Shown here piece after piece: positions 12,191 to 22,807 of a DNA stretch of 64,000 nucleotides. A program made the position numbers and the translations under genes. Source of the stretch: Ascoidea asiatica JCM 7603 (lineage: Eukaryota > Fungi > Ascomycota); NCBI GenBank assembly GCA_001600695.1, contig BCKQ01000003.1, positions 1,556,526-1,620,525 of the forward strand. The letters run 5' to 3'. Positions within the stretch are counted from its first letter, which is position 1; each line of letters opens with the position of its first letter. Below the pieces are notes generated by a model. That model was not told where the DNA came from and did no database searches. It saw only the letters and a list, made by a program, of their open reading frames with translations.

Positions 12191-13885
12191 CTAATCTTCA
12201 TCAGAAGAAATTACAGTAACATCAGCTTTACTTTCACTTTGAACTTTACTTTTTTCTTCATCATCAATTGTTAATTTTTTTTTATCTTTTTCATTGTTAT
12301 TACCATTACCATTGATTTGAATAATTGAATTTTTCATTGAAGTTGGAGTAATAATTGAGTCTTTTGAAAAAGAACTAGTAGTTATAGAAGATTTTGGAGT
12401 TTTTGATTGAGATTGTTTTGAAGGATTTGGGCTTGAAGAAGTTTTTGGAGTTCTAGGAGATTTTCGTATTGAAGAAAAAGTTTTATTTGAAGGTGAAGAA
12501 ATTTTTGGAGTTTTATCAACAGGAGTTTTAATTGGTTCAATATCTGAATCACTAAGCTGTATGAAATCATCATTATTTTCATTAGTAACATTTTTTTTTT
12601 CAGTTTTTTTAACCCTTTGTTTTGATTTAAAATCTTCTTTAGATTCTGTATTGCTATTACTATTACTATTATTACTGATTTCTTTTTCATCATCATCATC
12701 ATCTATATCAATTACTGAGAAATCATTAGTCGGTTCTAGATGTTCACGTATTCTTTTTCTATGTCTATTTAATCTTTCTTTAGAAGGTTGAATTTTAAAT
12801 AATTTTTCAAGTTTTTCATCAATAGGAGTTTTCATATTCTTAATAGCCAGAATTGATTCTAAAATCTCACTGTCTTTAGAAACAGAATTTAGAGAAGAGT
12901 TTAGAGAAGAATTTGAAGAAGAATTTGAAGAAGACTTGGAGGCTGTTTTACTTGTACTTTTAGGTTTTGGTTTAGTTGTAGCTTTAGGTTTTGGTTTAGA
13001 TTTAGATTTAGATTTAGATATAGATTTTGATTTAGGGTTAATTGAATCTTCACTTATATGATAATCTGAGTCATTATTTGTATCAGAAGAAGAATCTGAA
13101 ATTTCAAAAAAATCTTGGGTATCAGATATTTTTGATTTTGATTTATCTTTTGATTTTTTTTCTTTTAATTTCAATTTCGCTTTTTCTTTTTCTCTTTCTT
13201 GAGATTTTTCTTTTGCTTTTAATCTTAATCTTGATCTATTTGTTGAATTTCTTAAATTTGAAGAAATTTTACTATTAATATTTTTATCATTAATATTAAT
13301 ATCAATTAATTTTAAATCATCATTTGATTTTGAATTTTCACTTGATTTTAATTTTAATAATTTTTTTTTATTTAAAATATTTAATTTTTCTTCAAGAATA
13401 TCAGATCTTGATAATATTTTAGTTTCAGAACTAATGAATTTAAATTCATCATCATCATTATTATTATTATTCTCTTTTTCGTCTTCTTCTTTTTCATTAC
13501 TTTGAGTTAATAAATCAGGATCAAATTTTTTACAATAAGAATCAAAATCATTATATTTTAAAGCAATTTTATAGGAATCAATTAATCTATTTATTTGATT
13601 ATTTTGATTATTATTTTGTAAAATTTCATGTTTTTTTAAAAAACTATTTATACTTAATTTATCTAAAATTTTTAAATTTTTTAAATTAACCCATAAATAA
13701 GTTTCATCATTAATAAAAAAAATTGGAAAAATTTTTGTTGATGGATTTGCATATTTTTTCGGAATTGGTTTTTGATCAATAATATCATTAGTTAGTTTAT
13801 CTTCTGGAATAATATAAGCTGGCCAGGGAGAATAACCAATTACACTAGCTAAGACTAAATCTCCAGGTTTGAACTGTTTAGTCAT
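12191..13885 (-). CDS. PWWP-domain protein (Ioc4/Pdp3-like N-terminus) with a long disordered Ser/Lys/acidic tail
   Basis: MTKQFKPGDLVLASVIGYSPWPAYIIP...FFINDETYLWVNLKNLKIL is a PWWP domain. No folded C-terminal domain is apparent. Confidence 0.82.
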   Translation of the reverse strand: MTKQFKPGDLVLASVIGYSPWPAYIIPEDKLTNDIIDQKPIPKKYANPSTKIFPIFFINDETYLWVNLKNLKILDKLSINSFLKKHEILQNNNQNNQINRLIDSYKIALKYNDFDSYCKKFDPDLLTQSNEKEEDEKENNNNNDDDEFKFISSETKILSRSDILEEKLNILNKKKLLKLKSSENSKSNDDLKLIDININDKNINSKISSNLRNSTNRSRLRLKAKEKSQEREKEKAKLKLKEKKSKDKSKSKISDTQDFFEISDSSSDTNNDSDYHISEDSINPKSKSISKSKSKSKPKPKATTKPKPKSTSKTASKSSSNSSSNSSLNSSLNSVSKDSEILESILAIKNMKTPIDEKLEKLFKIQPSKERLNRHRKRIREHLEPTNDFSVIDIDDDDDEKEISNNSNSNSNTESKEDFKSKQRVKKTEKKNVTNENNDDFIQLSDSDIEPIKTPVDKTPKISSPSNKTFSSIRKSPRTPKTSSSPNPSKQSQSKTPKSSITTSSFSKDSIITPTSMKNSIIQINGNGNNNEKDKKKLTIDDEEKSKVQSESKADVTVISSDED

Positions 13886-14161
13886 TTTTTATATTGGCTA
13901 AGATTCAAGATTTTTGATTTATAATTGATAATAGATAGTTTATAATAGATGATTTATGAAGATGCTTAAAATGGATACTATATAAATGATTTAGTTAAAA
14001 GTTGATCAATGAAGTATCATTAAATAAATAATAAATAAAAATGGTGTTGTTTATTTTATTTGAAAATACTTTTTTCTTTAATTTTGTGCTTTGAAAGGAA
14101 GCGAAAATGGAAGTAGGTAGAATGGTGGGAGACCTCAAAAACAACAAAGCCAAAGAGCCTA

Positions 14162-14551
14162 CACGAAAATGACCCAAACAATAATAGAAAACAGCGGAAA
14201 TGGGAGGAAATGACAGGATTTAGAACCGGATCTGGATGGTGGAAGTAGAAGGGAATTGAATATAGCCCGAGATGGAAAAACGTAAACAAACAACCACCAA
14301 AACAACACGAAAATCATGGCAAAAAACATTAAATCCAGAGTTGTGGTTGTATAATTTGAAGTTGGTGCACAGGACAAAAATATATAGGGCAGGTAAGCCA
14401 TTAATTCTAAAGAAAGAAATAAGAAAGATGGTTGTGGCTGGACAGACCCCAGTTATTTTTTTGGGGGTTAATGGGGTTATATGTTATCACATGACACACG
14501 CGAAAATCAAATCAAATCTCCGCAAAATTATTCGATTATTTCAAAACGCGT
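14162..14551. promoter_or_regulatory. Cell-cycle promoter shared by MCM3 and the PWWP gene (SCB, MCB and forkhead sites)
   Basis: CACGAAA at 14162 and 14306, GTAAACA at 14282, CGCGAAA at 14499 and ACGCGT at 14546. Confidence 0.55.
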
Positions 14552-14874
14552 TTTGTAACAAATATTCCAATTTACACATTTGGAGCTTGAAATTTTACTA
14601 AGCTTTTGAACTGTACTTTTTTTACTTTAAATTTCAGCTTGGGTTTATAAACTTATTCTTATATCCTAAAACTTTTTTTTAGAACTAATTCATAACTTGT
14701 AATTGATTCTAGCTGTATTTTTATATCCTTCCTTTGTATTTCACTTTCTTTTTCATTTCAAAAGTACTATCCACATAGATATAGATATAGATATCAATAC
14801 AAATACAATTATAATAATACCCATATCCTAAACATTACTCTCATTATCAATATAGAAAATTAATATAACAAAAT

Positions 14875-17379
14875 ATGGATGAATTATCTCAAGATCAATT
14901 GCCAAATGATGCTATTCTTGGTGATAGAGTTAGAGTCTTTCAAGATTTTTTAAGTACGAAACCTGATTATTCTTCTTCAAATTTAAATCAATCTGATTAT
15001 ACTGAATTAATTGAAACAATGTTAAGAAAACATGAAACTAGATTAATTGTATCTTTAGATGATATTAGAGATTCAATACCAGATTTTTGGAAAGGTTTAT
15101 TGAATCATCCTTCGGAATTTTTACCTGCTGCTGAAAGAGCTTTAAAAGATACAATTGCTGCTTTACATAATGTTTCAATGTTTAATTTATCTGAAGAATC
15201 AACTTTTAATCTTGGTTTCAGAGGTTCTTTTGGTTCTCATCAAGTTTCTCCAAGAACTATAAGATCTAATTTATTATCTAAATTATTATCAATTGAAGGT
15301 ATTGTAACTAGAACTTCTTTAGTTAGACCTAAAATTATGAGATCTGTACATTACTGTGATAATACTGGAAAATTTTTTGCAAGAGAATATAGAGATCAAA
15401 CAAATTCTTTTGATCCAATCTCTGTACCTGCAATTTATCCAACCGAAGATCCTGATGGTAATAAATTATCAACTGAATATGGGTATTCAACTTATAAAGA
15501 TCATCAAACTATTACAATTCAAGAAATGCCTGAAAAAGCTCCACCTGGTCAATTGCCAAGAGCTTTAGAAATAATTTTAGATGATGATTTAGTCGATAAA
15601 TTAAAACCTGGTGATAGAGTTCAAATAGTTGGAATTTATAGAACTTTAGGTTCTGGTCAAAATAATGTTTCTTCTTTTAAAACTGTGATAATTGCAAATT
15701 CAATTTATCCAATTCATACAAGATCTTCTGGGGTTTCTGCGATTGAAAAAATTACTGATAATGATGTTAGAAATATTAATAAAATTTCAAAAAGAAAAAA
15801 TGTATTTGAATTAATTTCTCAATCTTTAGCACCTTCAATTTATGGTCATGATTATATTAAAAAAGCTGTATTATTATTATTATTAGGTGGTGTTGAAAAA
15901 AATCTTGATAATGGTTCTCATTTAAGAGGTGATATAAATATTTTAATGGTTGGTGATCCATCGACTGCAAAATCTCAAATTTTAAGATTTGTTTTAAATA
16001 CTGCTCCATTGGCAATTGCAACTACTGGTAAAGGTTCTTCTGGTGTTGGTTTAACTGCAGCTGTAACTACTGATAAAGAAACCGGTGAACGTAAATTAGA
16101 AGCTGGTGCTATGGTCTTAGCTGATCGTGGTATTGTTTGTATTGATGAATTTGATAAAATGAATGATATTGATCGTGTTGCAATTCATGAAATTATGGAA
16201 CAACAAACTGTTACAATTGCAAAAGCTGGTATTCATACTTCTTTAAATGCAAGATGTTCTGTAATTGCAGCTGCAAATCCTGTTTATGGTCAATATGATG
16301 TTCATAAAGATCCTCATAAAAATATTGCTTTACCTGATTCTTTATTATCTCGTTTTGATTTATTATTTATTGTTACTGATGATATTAATGATCAAAGAGA
16401 TCGTAAGATTGCAAATCATGTTCTTAAAATTCATCGTTATTTAAAAAATGGTTATGTTGAAGGTGAACCAATAAGAGAAATGGAAAATTTAACTTTATCT
16501 GTTGGTAATCAAAATACAAATAATCCTGATGATGCTTTAGAAGAAGATTCTCCCGATAAAGTTTTTGAAAAATTTGATCCTTTATTACATGGTGGTGCAG
16601 AAGAAAATTTTAAACAAAATAATCGTTCAAAAAGAAGAAAACAAGTTGAAATTCTAAAATTACAATTTATTAAAAAATATGTTCAATATGCTAAAACTCG
16701 TATATTTCCAAAATTAAGTAAAAATTCTTCCTCGTATTTAATTGAAGTTTATTCTTCTTTAAGAAATGATTCTTTAAAAAATAATTCAAGAAATACAGGT
16801 CCGATTACAGTTCGTACTCTTGAAACACTTATTAGATTGTCTACTGCTCATGCGAAAGTAAGATTATCTCAAAGAATTGAAATTAAAGATGCTAAAGTAG
16901 CTGAAGAAATTTTAAGATTTTCTTTATTTAAAGAAATTGCAGTTAAAAGAAGAAAAGCTAAAAAACAAAAGGTTGTAAGTGAAAGTGATGATAGTGAAGA
17001 AGAAAGTGACGAAGAAGATTTCGAAACCAATAAACCTCAGGTAGCTGCTGTACCTGTTGTCAGTACCCATTCTCAACGTTTACCAAGAAGAACACAACCA
17101 TTAAGAGATTCAGTGATTCAACCTCAGGCAGAAATTTTTGAGTCAACCTCAGAAATATCTCAATCAAGATATAGCACAATTAGTAGAGTTATTGCTCGTT
17201 TGGGTCAAACTCAGTTATTTGCAGATGAATCTGCACCAGCAGATGAATTATTTAATGCTGTTAATGCCGAACTTCCTGCTGAAGAAGTTTACAGTAGAAA
17301 TGAATACGATCAAGCCTTAAAGAAATTAGAAGATGAAAATAAAATCTTTATATCGGAAGGCAAAGTGTGGAGACTTTGA
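14875..17379 (+). CDS. MCM3: DNA replication licensing helicase subunit Mcm3
   Basis: Walker A GDPSTAKSQ, Walker B IDEFDKM, arginine finger SRFDL, degenerate zinc finger (VHYCDNTG) and QEMPEKAPPGQLPR. Confidence 0.96.
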   Translation: MDELSQDQLPNDAILGDRVRVFQDFLSTKPDYSSSNLNQSDYTELIETMLRKHETRLIVSLDDIRDSIPDFWKGLLNHPSEFLPAAERALKDTIAALHNVSMFNLSEESTFNLGFRGSFGSHQVSPRTIRSNLLSKLLSIEGIVTRTSLVRPKIMRSVHYCDNTGKFFAREYRDQTNSFDPISVPAIYPTEDPDGNKLSTEYGYSTYKDHQTITIQEMPEKAPPGQLPRALEIILDDDLVDKLKPGDRVQIVGIYRTLGSGQNNVSSFKTVIIANSIYPIHTRSSGVSAIEKITDNDVRNINKISKRKNVFELISQSLAPSIYGHDYIKKAVLLLLLGGVEKNLDNGSHLRGDINILMVGDPSTAKSQILRFVLNTAPLAIATTGKGSSGVGLTAAVTTDKETGERKLEAGAMVLADRGIVCIDEFDKMNDIDRVAIHEIMEQQTVTIAKAGIHTSLNARCSVIAAANPVYGQYDVHKDPHKNIALPDSLLSRFDLLFIVTDDINDQRDRKIANHVLKIHRYLKNGYVEGEPIREMENLTLSVGNQNTNNPDDALEEDSPDKVFEKFDPLLHGGAEENFKQNNRSKRRKQVEILKLQFIKKYVQYAKTRIFPKLSKNSSSYLIEVYSSLRNDSLKNNSRNTGPITVRTLETLIRLSTAHAKVRLSQRIEIKDAKVAEEILRFSLFKEIAVKRRKAKKQKVVSESDDSEEESDEEDFETNKPQVAAVPVVSTHSQRLPRRTQPLRDSVIQPQAEIFESTSEISQSRYSTISRVIARLGQTQLFADESAPADELFNAVNAELPAEEVYSRNEYDQALKKLEDENKIFISEGKVWRL

Positions 17380-17563
17380 AATCTTTCTTTTTTGTTATAT
17401 TTTTGTTTCTTTCTTACATTCTTCTTTTGTATTTTTATAAATTTTTAGTTCTTCAGTTTTCTTATACACAATATAATCTAAAGCTTTGTTTATTTACCCT
17501 TAAATATAATTTTATGAATTTCGCTAGTTCAAAATAAAATTCAATTTTAAAATTATTGACCCA

Positions 17564-18853
17564 TTATTTTTTGGATTTCTTGGACTTCGATGACACGCTT
17601 TTACCTTTCTTTGAAATTCTCTCTAATGCTTCCCAAACTTCTTCTTCATCACTCATATCTTCATCATCATCATTACTATTTTTTCTCTTCAAAGAGGTTG
17701 TACTTGATTTTTCTTCATCATCCATTTCCATATCATCTTTTTCATTAATTTCGTCTTCGGGATCGTCTTCTATCAATAAAATAGAACTTATTTCAGTAGC
17801 CAAATAAACTTTTGCTAACTGTGATCTTGTTTCAATATCAAACATTCTAAAATAAGTATCTAGACCACCGGTTAAAAGATATTTATCCTTTGCTACACTT
17901 ATACATTGACATAAACCGACATTTCCAGGATATTTACAAGTTAAAAGACCTCTTTTAAAATCAAATTTACTCACAGAAACATAATCATCAGAGCAAATTA
18001 TTTGAGAACTTGAAGCATCACCCACTTTTATAGCATTCACCAATCCTACAGTTTTATTGAAATTTTTTTGAGTAACTAAATGACTAAATCTTGGTTTTTT
18101 TCCAATACTAGAATCATAGAATCTTAGTTGACCATATTTGGTAGTTGTAAGAATCTGAAAGATTATTTTTTCATCATCAAAGTGAGAATCTAAAAAGATG
18201 ATATTAGTAATCCATACAGGAACTCGTAATTGTACTCGATCATGCTTAACATTTCTAGCTTCATATAAAACTTCTGGAGTAATTGAATCATTTGATTGAG
18301 TTTTGAATAAGGATTCCACCTTGTCAAAGATTTTTATCACTTTTAAATCATTTTCTTTTCCACCATAGGCAAATATTCCTGGGAAAGTTGGATCATGAAC
18401 AAAAGATGAAATTGGAGCCTTTATAGAAAATTGAGCAAGAGAGTTTTCATCATTAGCGAAAAGGGTTGTTAAATCAACCATACTAACTATACCACTTTCA
18501 GTGCAGGTATATATAAGATTAGAATCCTCTAAAAACCCCAAACTTATAAAATCTTGTGCTTCTTCAATTTTTGAAACAAGTTTTATTTCTTTTACTTTAT
18601 TATACTTTTCAGAATTTAAATCATAAAAACATAAAGCGCCACTTATTCTTATTGCTACCAATAAATCATATTTCTTTGTTTTATTATCAAATTTCACCCT
18701 GATGAACTTTTTAATTTTTTTGCTGGATGAAGATTTATGAAAAGTTTTTATAGTTGTAGGCTGAAGTGCATCTTTCTGAGAAGTGTCTGTACCTTTTGGA
18801 CAAATAATCTCCTTAAGAGAGCCAAAATTGTCTGCTGCCACAATAACTTTCAT
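17564..18853 (-). CDS. NSA1: 60S ribosome biogenesis WD40 protein Nsa1 (WDR74)
   Basis: GTDTS, FAYGGKENDLK, ARNVKHDRVQLRVPVWIT, TKYGQLRFYD, GGLDTYFRMFD and an acidic/basic tail. Confidence 0.9.
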   Translation of the reverse strand: MKVIVAADNFGSLKEIICPKGTDTSQKDALQPTTIKTFHKSSSSKKIKKFIRVKFDNKTKKYDLLVAIRISGALCFYDLNSEKYNKVKEIKLVSKIEEAQDFISLGFLEDSNLIYTCTESGIVSMVDLTTLFANDENSLAQFSIKAPISSFVHDPTFPGIFAYGGKENDLKVIKIFDKVESLFKTQSNDSITPEVLYEARNVKHDRVQLRVPVWITNIIFLDSHFDDEKIIFQILTTTKYGQLRFYDSSIGKKPRFSHLVTQKNFNKTVGLVNAIKVGDASSSQIICSDDYVSVSKFDFKRGLLTCKYPGNVGLCQCISVAKDKYLLTGGLDTYFRMFDIETRSQLAKVYLATEISSILLIEDDPEDEINEKDDMEMDDEEKSSTTSLKRKNSNDDDEDMSDEEEVWEALERISKKGKSVSSKSKKSKK

Positions 18854-19297
18854 ATTGAATTAATATTATTACCTGATGACAAGCTTGTAAATAAGAATAC
18901 TTGAAAGATTCTCAAATATTTTATATTGATTGTCGATTTTTGATTATTTACATTTTTTAAAGATGAAAAAAAAAAATTAATGTGGAAAATAAAAATATTA
19001 CTTAGATGCATACACATGCATAACTACGCATACATTAAATCCAGTTTTGTGGGTCTCAAAATATCCAAAAAAAAATATTAAATTATTAAACTTGAATAGA
19101 CAAGCATAGAAACTTATAAACTTATAAACTTATAATTAAGGAAAGGTATAAAAATATTAAAAATATTTGAAAAAAAGATGAGTGTTTTATAACCAATATG
19201 AAAAAGAATTAGAAGAAAAAAGATCTACTGTACATTTGAAAATCGTTACCTTTTCATAAAAATTAGTATTACGAGATGTTAAAGGAAATTAAAGAAC

Positions 19298-22219
19298 TTA
19301 GAAAATATTCAATTTCTTTGCAAAAGAGAAAGCTCCTTCATCTTCTTGTTCAGGGTTTTTTAATGTTCCAATCCGACCAGCAAGATATGTTTTTATAGAT
19401 CGATGTATGTGAGCTACATAATCTCCATAACTTTCAATCTCAAAAGTTTTGTCTTCAACAAAATAATTGTAAAACTCATATTCTTGATTTATATCAATTT
19501 CATCACGTATTAAATTTACCTCCAAGAATTGAAAATTGAACTTTTCTGTGAAATATTGAACAATTCTTCGCGTTTTGATATTAATTTCTGTATCTAAAAT
19601 CGGCAATTCAGTAAGCTGGATTGGATCCAAACTACTCAAAGTTTCATATTGTTTTCCAAATAAGTCTTGAATTAACAAAGGCACAACGTCTTTATGAATC
19701 CATAACAAAATCTTTTCACCATTGAATGTAATATAACAACCTCCAATTTCTATACTAGATCTTGAACAATTGATTGTTTTTGGTAAATAAAATTTTTCTT
19801 CAAAATCTTCAGGGTTAGAATTTGAATCATCCAAGGCTAATTTATGAATTGGAATAATTGCTGGATATAAATAGAAAAGTAATTTTTCTAGAGGAAAATT
19901 ATTTAAATTATAAAATTCATATACTTTAGAATCATTAGCTGTTAAAGTATTACTTATTAATAAATTTGATTTTTGAAAAGCTAGTAAATATAATGGAAGA
20001 AGTTTTAAACCAACAGGTACGACTAATTGTCCTGGTAAAGAAGATGCTCTAGATACCAATCCTCTATATTTTCCTAATATATCAACTAATTTTAAATTTA
20101 TTGTATCTTTAATAGATTTTAAGCTGTCACCAGGAATATGATCTAAACAATCTTTAATTATAATATCTAAAGAAACACTCAAATCAACAAATGAAAATAC
20201 ATCGCCTAATCTATCAGCAACTGCAACACATAAGTTCATAACTCTAACTTTTCTCTTTCCATCATTTGAAGTAAAAAGAATAGCAGCTTGAAAATGAGTA
20301 TCATATTTAGAAACAAGTTTACCATCATAATTAAAAAGAACATTAAAAACTTGATCTTTATTTAAAACTGAAATTAAAGGATCATAAGGAAATTCAGAAC
20401 TTTTATGAAAATTACCATAATATTTTGTAACTTGTAAACCACTAGAACAACGAAGTTTTAATTGTCCTTGATAACCAATTGAATTTATTATTGAATATTT
20501 TATATCATTTACTAATTGTTTTTGATTTTTATACATATTAAAATTAGAATAATATTTAAGTATACCACCAGTTTTAGAAGTTATTAAACCAACATTTGCT
20601 AAATCTACAGTACCATTTGAAGCTAAAAATAAATCTACACCAACATTCATTTTAACAAATTCTTTTAATAAATTATTATAATAAGAATTATCAGGTTTAA
20701 AAACTAGTTTTTCAGCTTCATGATCAGACATTGTTACAGAACCAATGGAGGACTTACCATATTTTTGAAATTTTTGAATAGATAAAATTCCAGGACCATA
20801 ACTTGGTATAGAACCTAAAATTACAGTAATTTTACCCCCATTTGAAAATAATGATAAGGCTTCTTGACAAATTTTTAATGATGCACCATAAGCGCATTCT
20901 GGAACACTTTGAGCTTCTGATAAAGTTTCAATTTGAGATAAAGTTTCATCAATAATTAAAGCAGAATCTAATGGATTTACAAATAAACCTTGATAAAATG
21001 GTAAAAATGGTTCATCTATATCTGACATTATTGATTTTTCAGGCTGTTCTAAATCTGAGGATAAATTATAAAAATGAATTGTCATATCAAAAGTAACAAT
21101 TGCAATTTTTGAATTTGTTTTTAACCAATAATTTTTATCATATAAAAGAGATCTAATTGCATCTGCAGCAACTTTATGTAAACCTTTTTTAATTGAGGAA
21201 TAACTAACATCAATTAAAAAAATATGATGTAAAGGTTTTAAATCTAAATCTGGATCTAAATAATAATCTTTTGGTAAAATAAAATCTACTACACCTTTAT
21301 ATAATTCAGGTCTTTCCATTTGATCAACTCTTTTTCTATTTGGACCTAAAGGAGCATAATAATCTACTGGAACATCACTTGGATATCTGCATAAATTACA
21401 AACAAATTTTCTTGCATCATTACTAAAAATCATTGCAGGATTCATATAAGCTCTACATCTACGACACCTTGGAGGACCACCAATGAAAGTTAAATCCACT
21501 TCCGGCACAATTTCATCACCATCTTCAAAAGAAGGGTAAAAAGGTCTTAAATAAAGACCAACGGGTAAACTTGTTGCACTTCTTAAATTATTTGTTGAAG
21601 GTATATTATACATCGAAGCTCTCATAAATTTCGGACCTGCTATACCTTGATCAATAACTTTATAATCTATTTCAGGACTTGGAGGACAAGCATTTTGGAA
21701 AGTTAAATAATTTTGAAATTTATATTCTAATTGAGAATATTCTCTTAAGATTGGTACAGATAATGAATCATCAGGTTGAAACAGCTGTAAAGAACCAAGT
21801 TCAGGTATTGTTGAACTTATTTGACGTAATCTTGGAGTAATATCTTGAATTTGAGAAGTTGGATGATTAATATTTGGATTTAAAATATTATTTTTATTAT
21901 TATTTGTTTTTTTTATTGTTCCAAAAGGTTGAAAATTAGATGATTGATGAAAAGTTGGTTCAGGAGATGAAACTCGTGTTGTTGGAGCTGTTAAATTTTG
22001 TTGATAAGGTCCACCAACAAAATCATATGAACCTCCAGCATTATTTGAATAAAACGAACTTTGAACGGGAGTTGAAGGTTTTGAATTACTAAAAGATGGA
22101 AGTAAACCTTGAGATAAATTCTTCTGATTATAAAATAATGGTTTCAAAAACTGATTTCCATTGATAGAAAATCTTGAAAGTTTTGATTCTATTTTTTCAA
22201 TTGGTGTTTCGTCATTCAT
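19298..22219 (-). CDS. SFB3: COPII Sec24 paralog Sfb3/Lst1 (SEC24C/D type)
   Basis: DQGIAGPKFMRASMYNIP, zinc finger RCRRCRAYMNP...CNLC, trunk domain FLIDVS, GYQGQLKLRCSSGL. The first ATG is at 22219; the track start is TTG. Confidence 0.88.
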   Translation of the reverse strand: MNDETPIEKIESKLSRFSINGNQFLKPLFYNQKNLSQGLLPSFSNSKPSTPVQSSFYSNNAGGSYDFVGGPYQQNLTAPTTRVSSPEPTFHQSSNFQPFGTIKKTNNNKNNILNPNINHPTSQIQDITPRLRQISSTIPELGSLQLFQPDDSLSVPILREYSQLEYKFQNYLTFQNACPPSPEIDYKVIDQGIAGPKFMRASMYNIPSTNNLRSATSLPVGLYLRPFYPSFEDGDEIVPEVDLTFIGGPPRCRRCRAYMNPAMIFSNDARKFVCNLCRYPSDVPVDYYAPLGPNRKRVDQMERPELYKGVVDFILPKDYYLDPDLDLKPLHHIFLIDVSYSSIKKGLHKVAADAIRSLLYDKNYWLKTNSKIAIVTFDMTIHFYNLSSDLEQPEKSIMSDIDEPFLPFYQGLFVNPLDSALIIDETLSQIETLSEAQSVPECAYGASLKICQEALSLFSNGGKITVILGSIPSYGPGILSIQKFQKYGKSSIGSVTMSDHEAEKLVFKPDNSYYNNLLKEFVKMNVGVDLFLASNGTVDLANVGLITSKTGGILKYYSNFNMYKNQKQLVNDIKYSIINSIGYQGQLKLRCSSGLQVTKYYGNFHKSSEFPYDPLISVLNKDQVFNVLFNYDGKLVSKYDTHFQAAILFTSNDGKRKVRVMNLCVAVADRLGDVFSFVDLSVSLDIIIKDCLDHIPGDSLKSIKDTINLKLVDILGKYRGLVSRASSLPGQLVVPVGLKLLPLYLLAFQKSNLLISNTLTANDSKVYEFYNLNNFPLEKLLFYLYPAIIPIHKLALDDSNSNPEDFEEKFYLPKTINCSRSSIEIGGCYITFNGEKILLWIHKDVVPLLIQDLFGKQYETLSSLDPIQLTELPILDTEINIKTRRIVQYFTEKFNFQFLEVNLIRDEIDINQEYEFYNYFVEDKTFEIESYGDYVAHIHRSIKTYLAGRIGTLKNPEQEDEGAFSFAKKLNIF

Positions 22220-22807
22220 GTCTATTAGCAATATTCTAAAAAAAAAAAATAAATGAAAATAAAATGAAAGCTCAAATTGAATAGGGATAGTAAATTTGCT
22301 GGAGCTAAAGACAACAATATTCTAAACTATGATTATAATTATTCTGATTTGAAAAATATATAAAAGTAATGTAATATCTTTAATTGTTAATATTCCTGTG
22401 ACTACCAAAGTATCAGACAACTGTTTTTTCAGTACAGTACCGTTGATTAAATATATTTATTGGTTCGTTAATAAAGTGCTATTGGTAACTGTTACGTACA
22501 TAGCTAAGGCTGTTGTTATATTTTATTATTGTATGGTCGCCAGCTTTAAAGCTATTGGTGTTGAACACTTCAATTCTTATTCTTAACTACTGGGAAACAC
22601 ACCGGGTAACACTGAATTTCTGTGTTGTATTCCGAGGCTAAGTTCCGGACATAGTACGGTTTACCGACTATAACACTTTCCTTATATGGATATTATATCC
22701 CGGTGTATAAAATATGTATAACCTTTCTATTTAATGAAATACTGTATATTGTATAGAAATGTATATAGAAATATTAGAGAATAAAGAAATTTATATACTG
22801 TATGAAA

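Noticed and set aside
14056-14601. Short overlapping ORFs of 77-109 aa between PWWP-B and MCM3
   Set aside because: No recognisable motifs, and they overlap a promoter rich in SCB/MCB sites.
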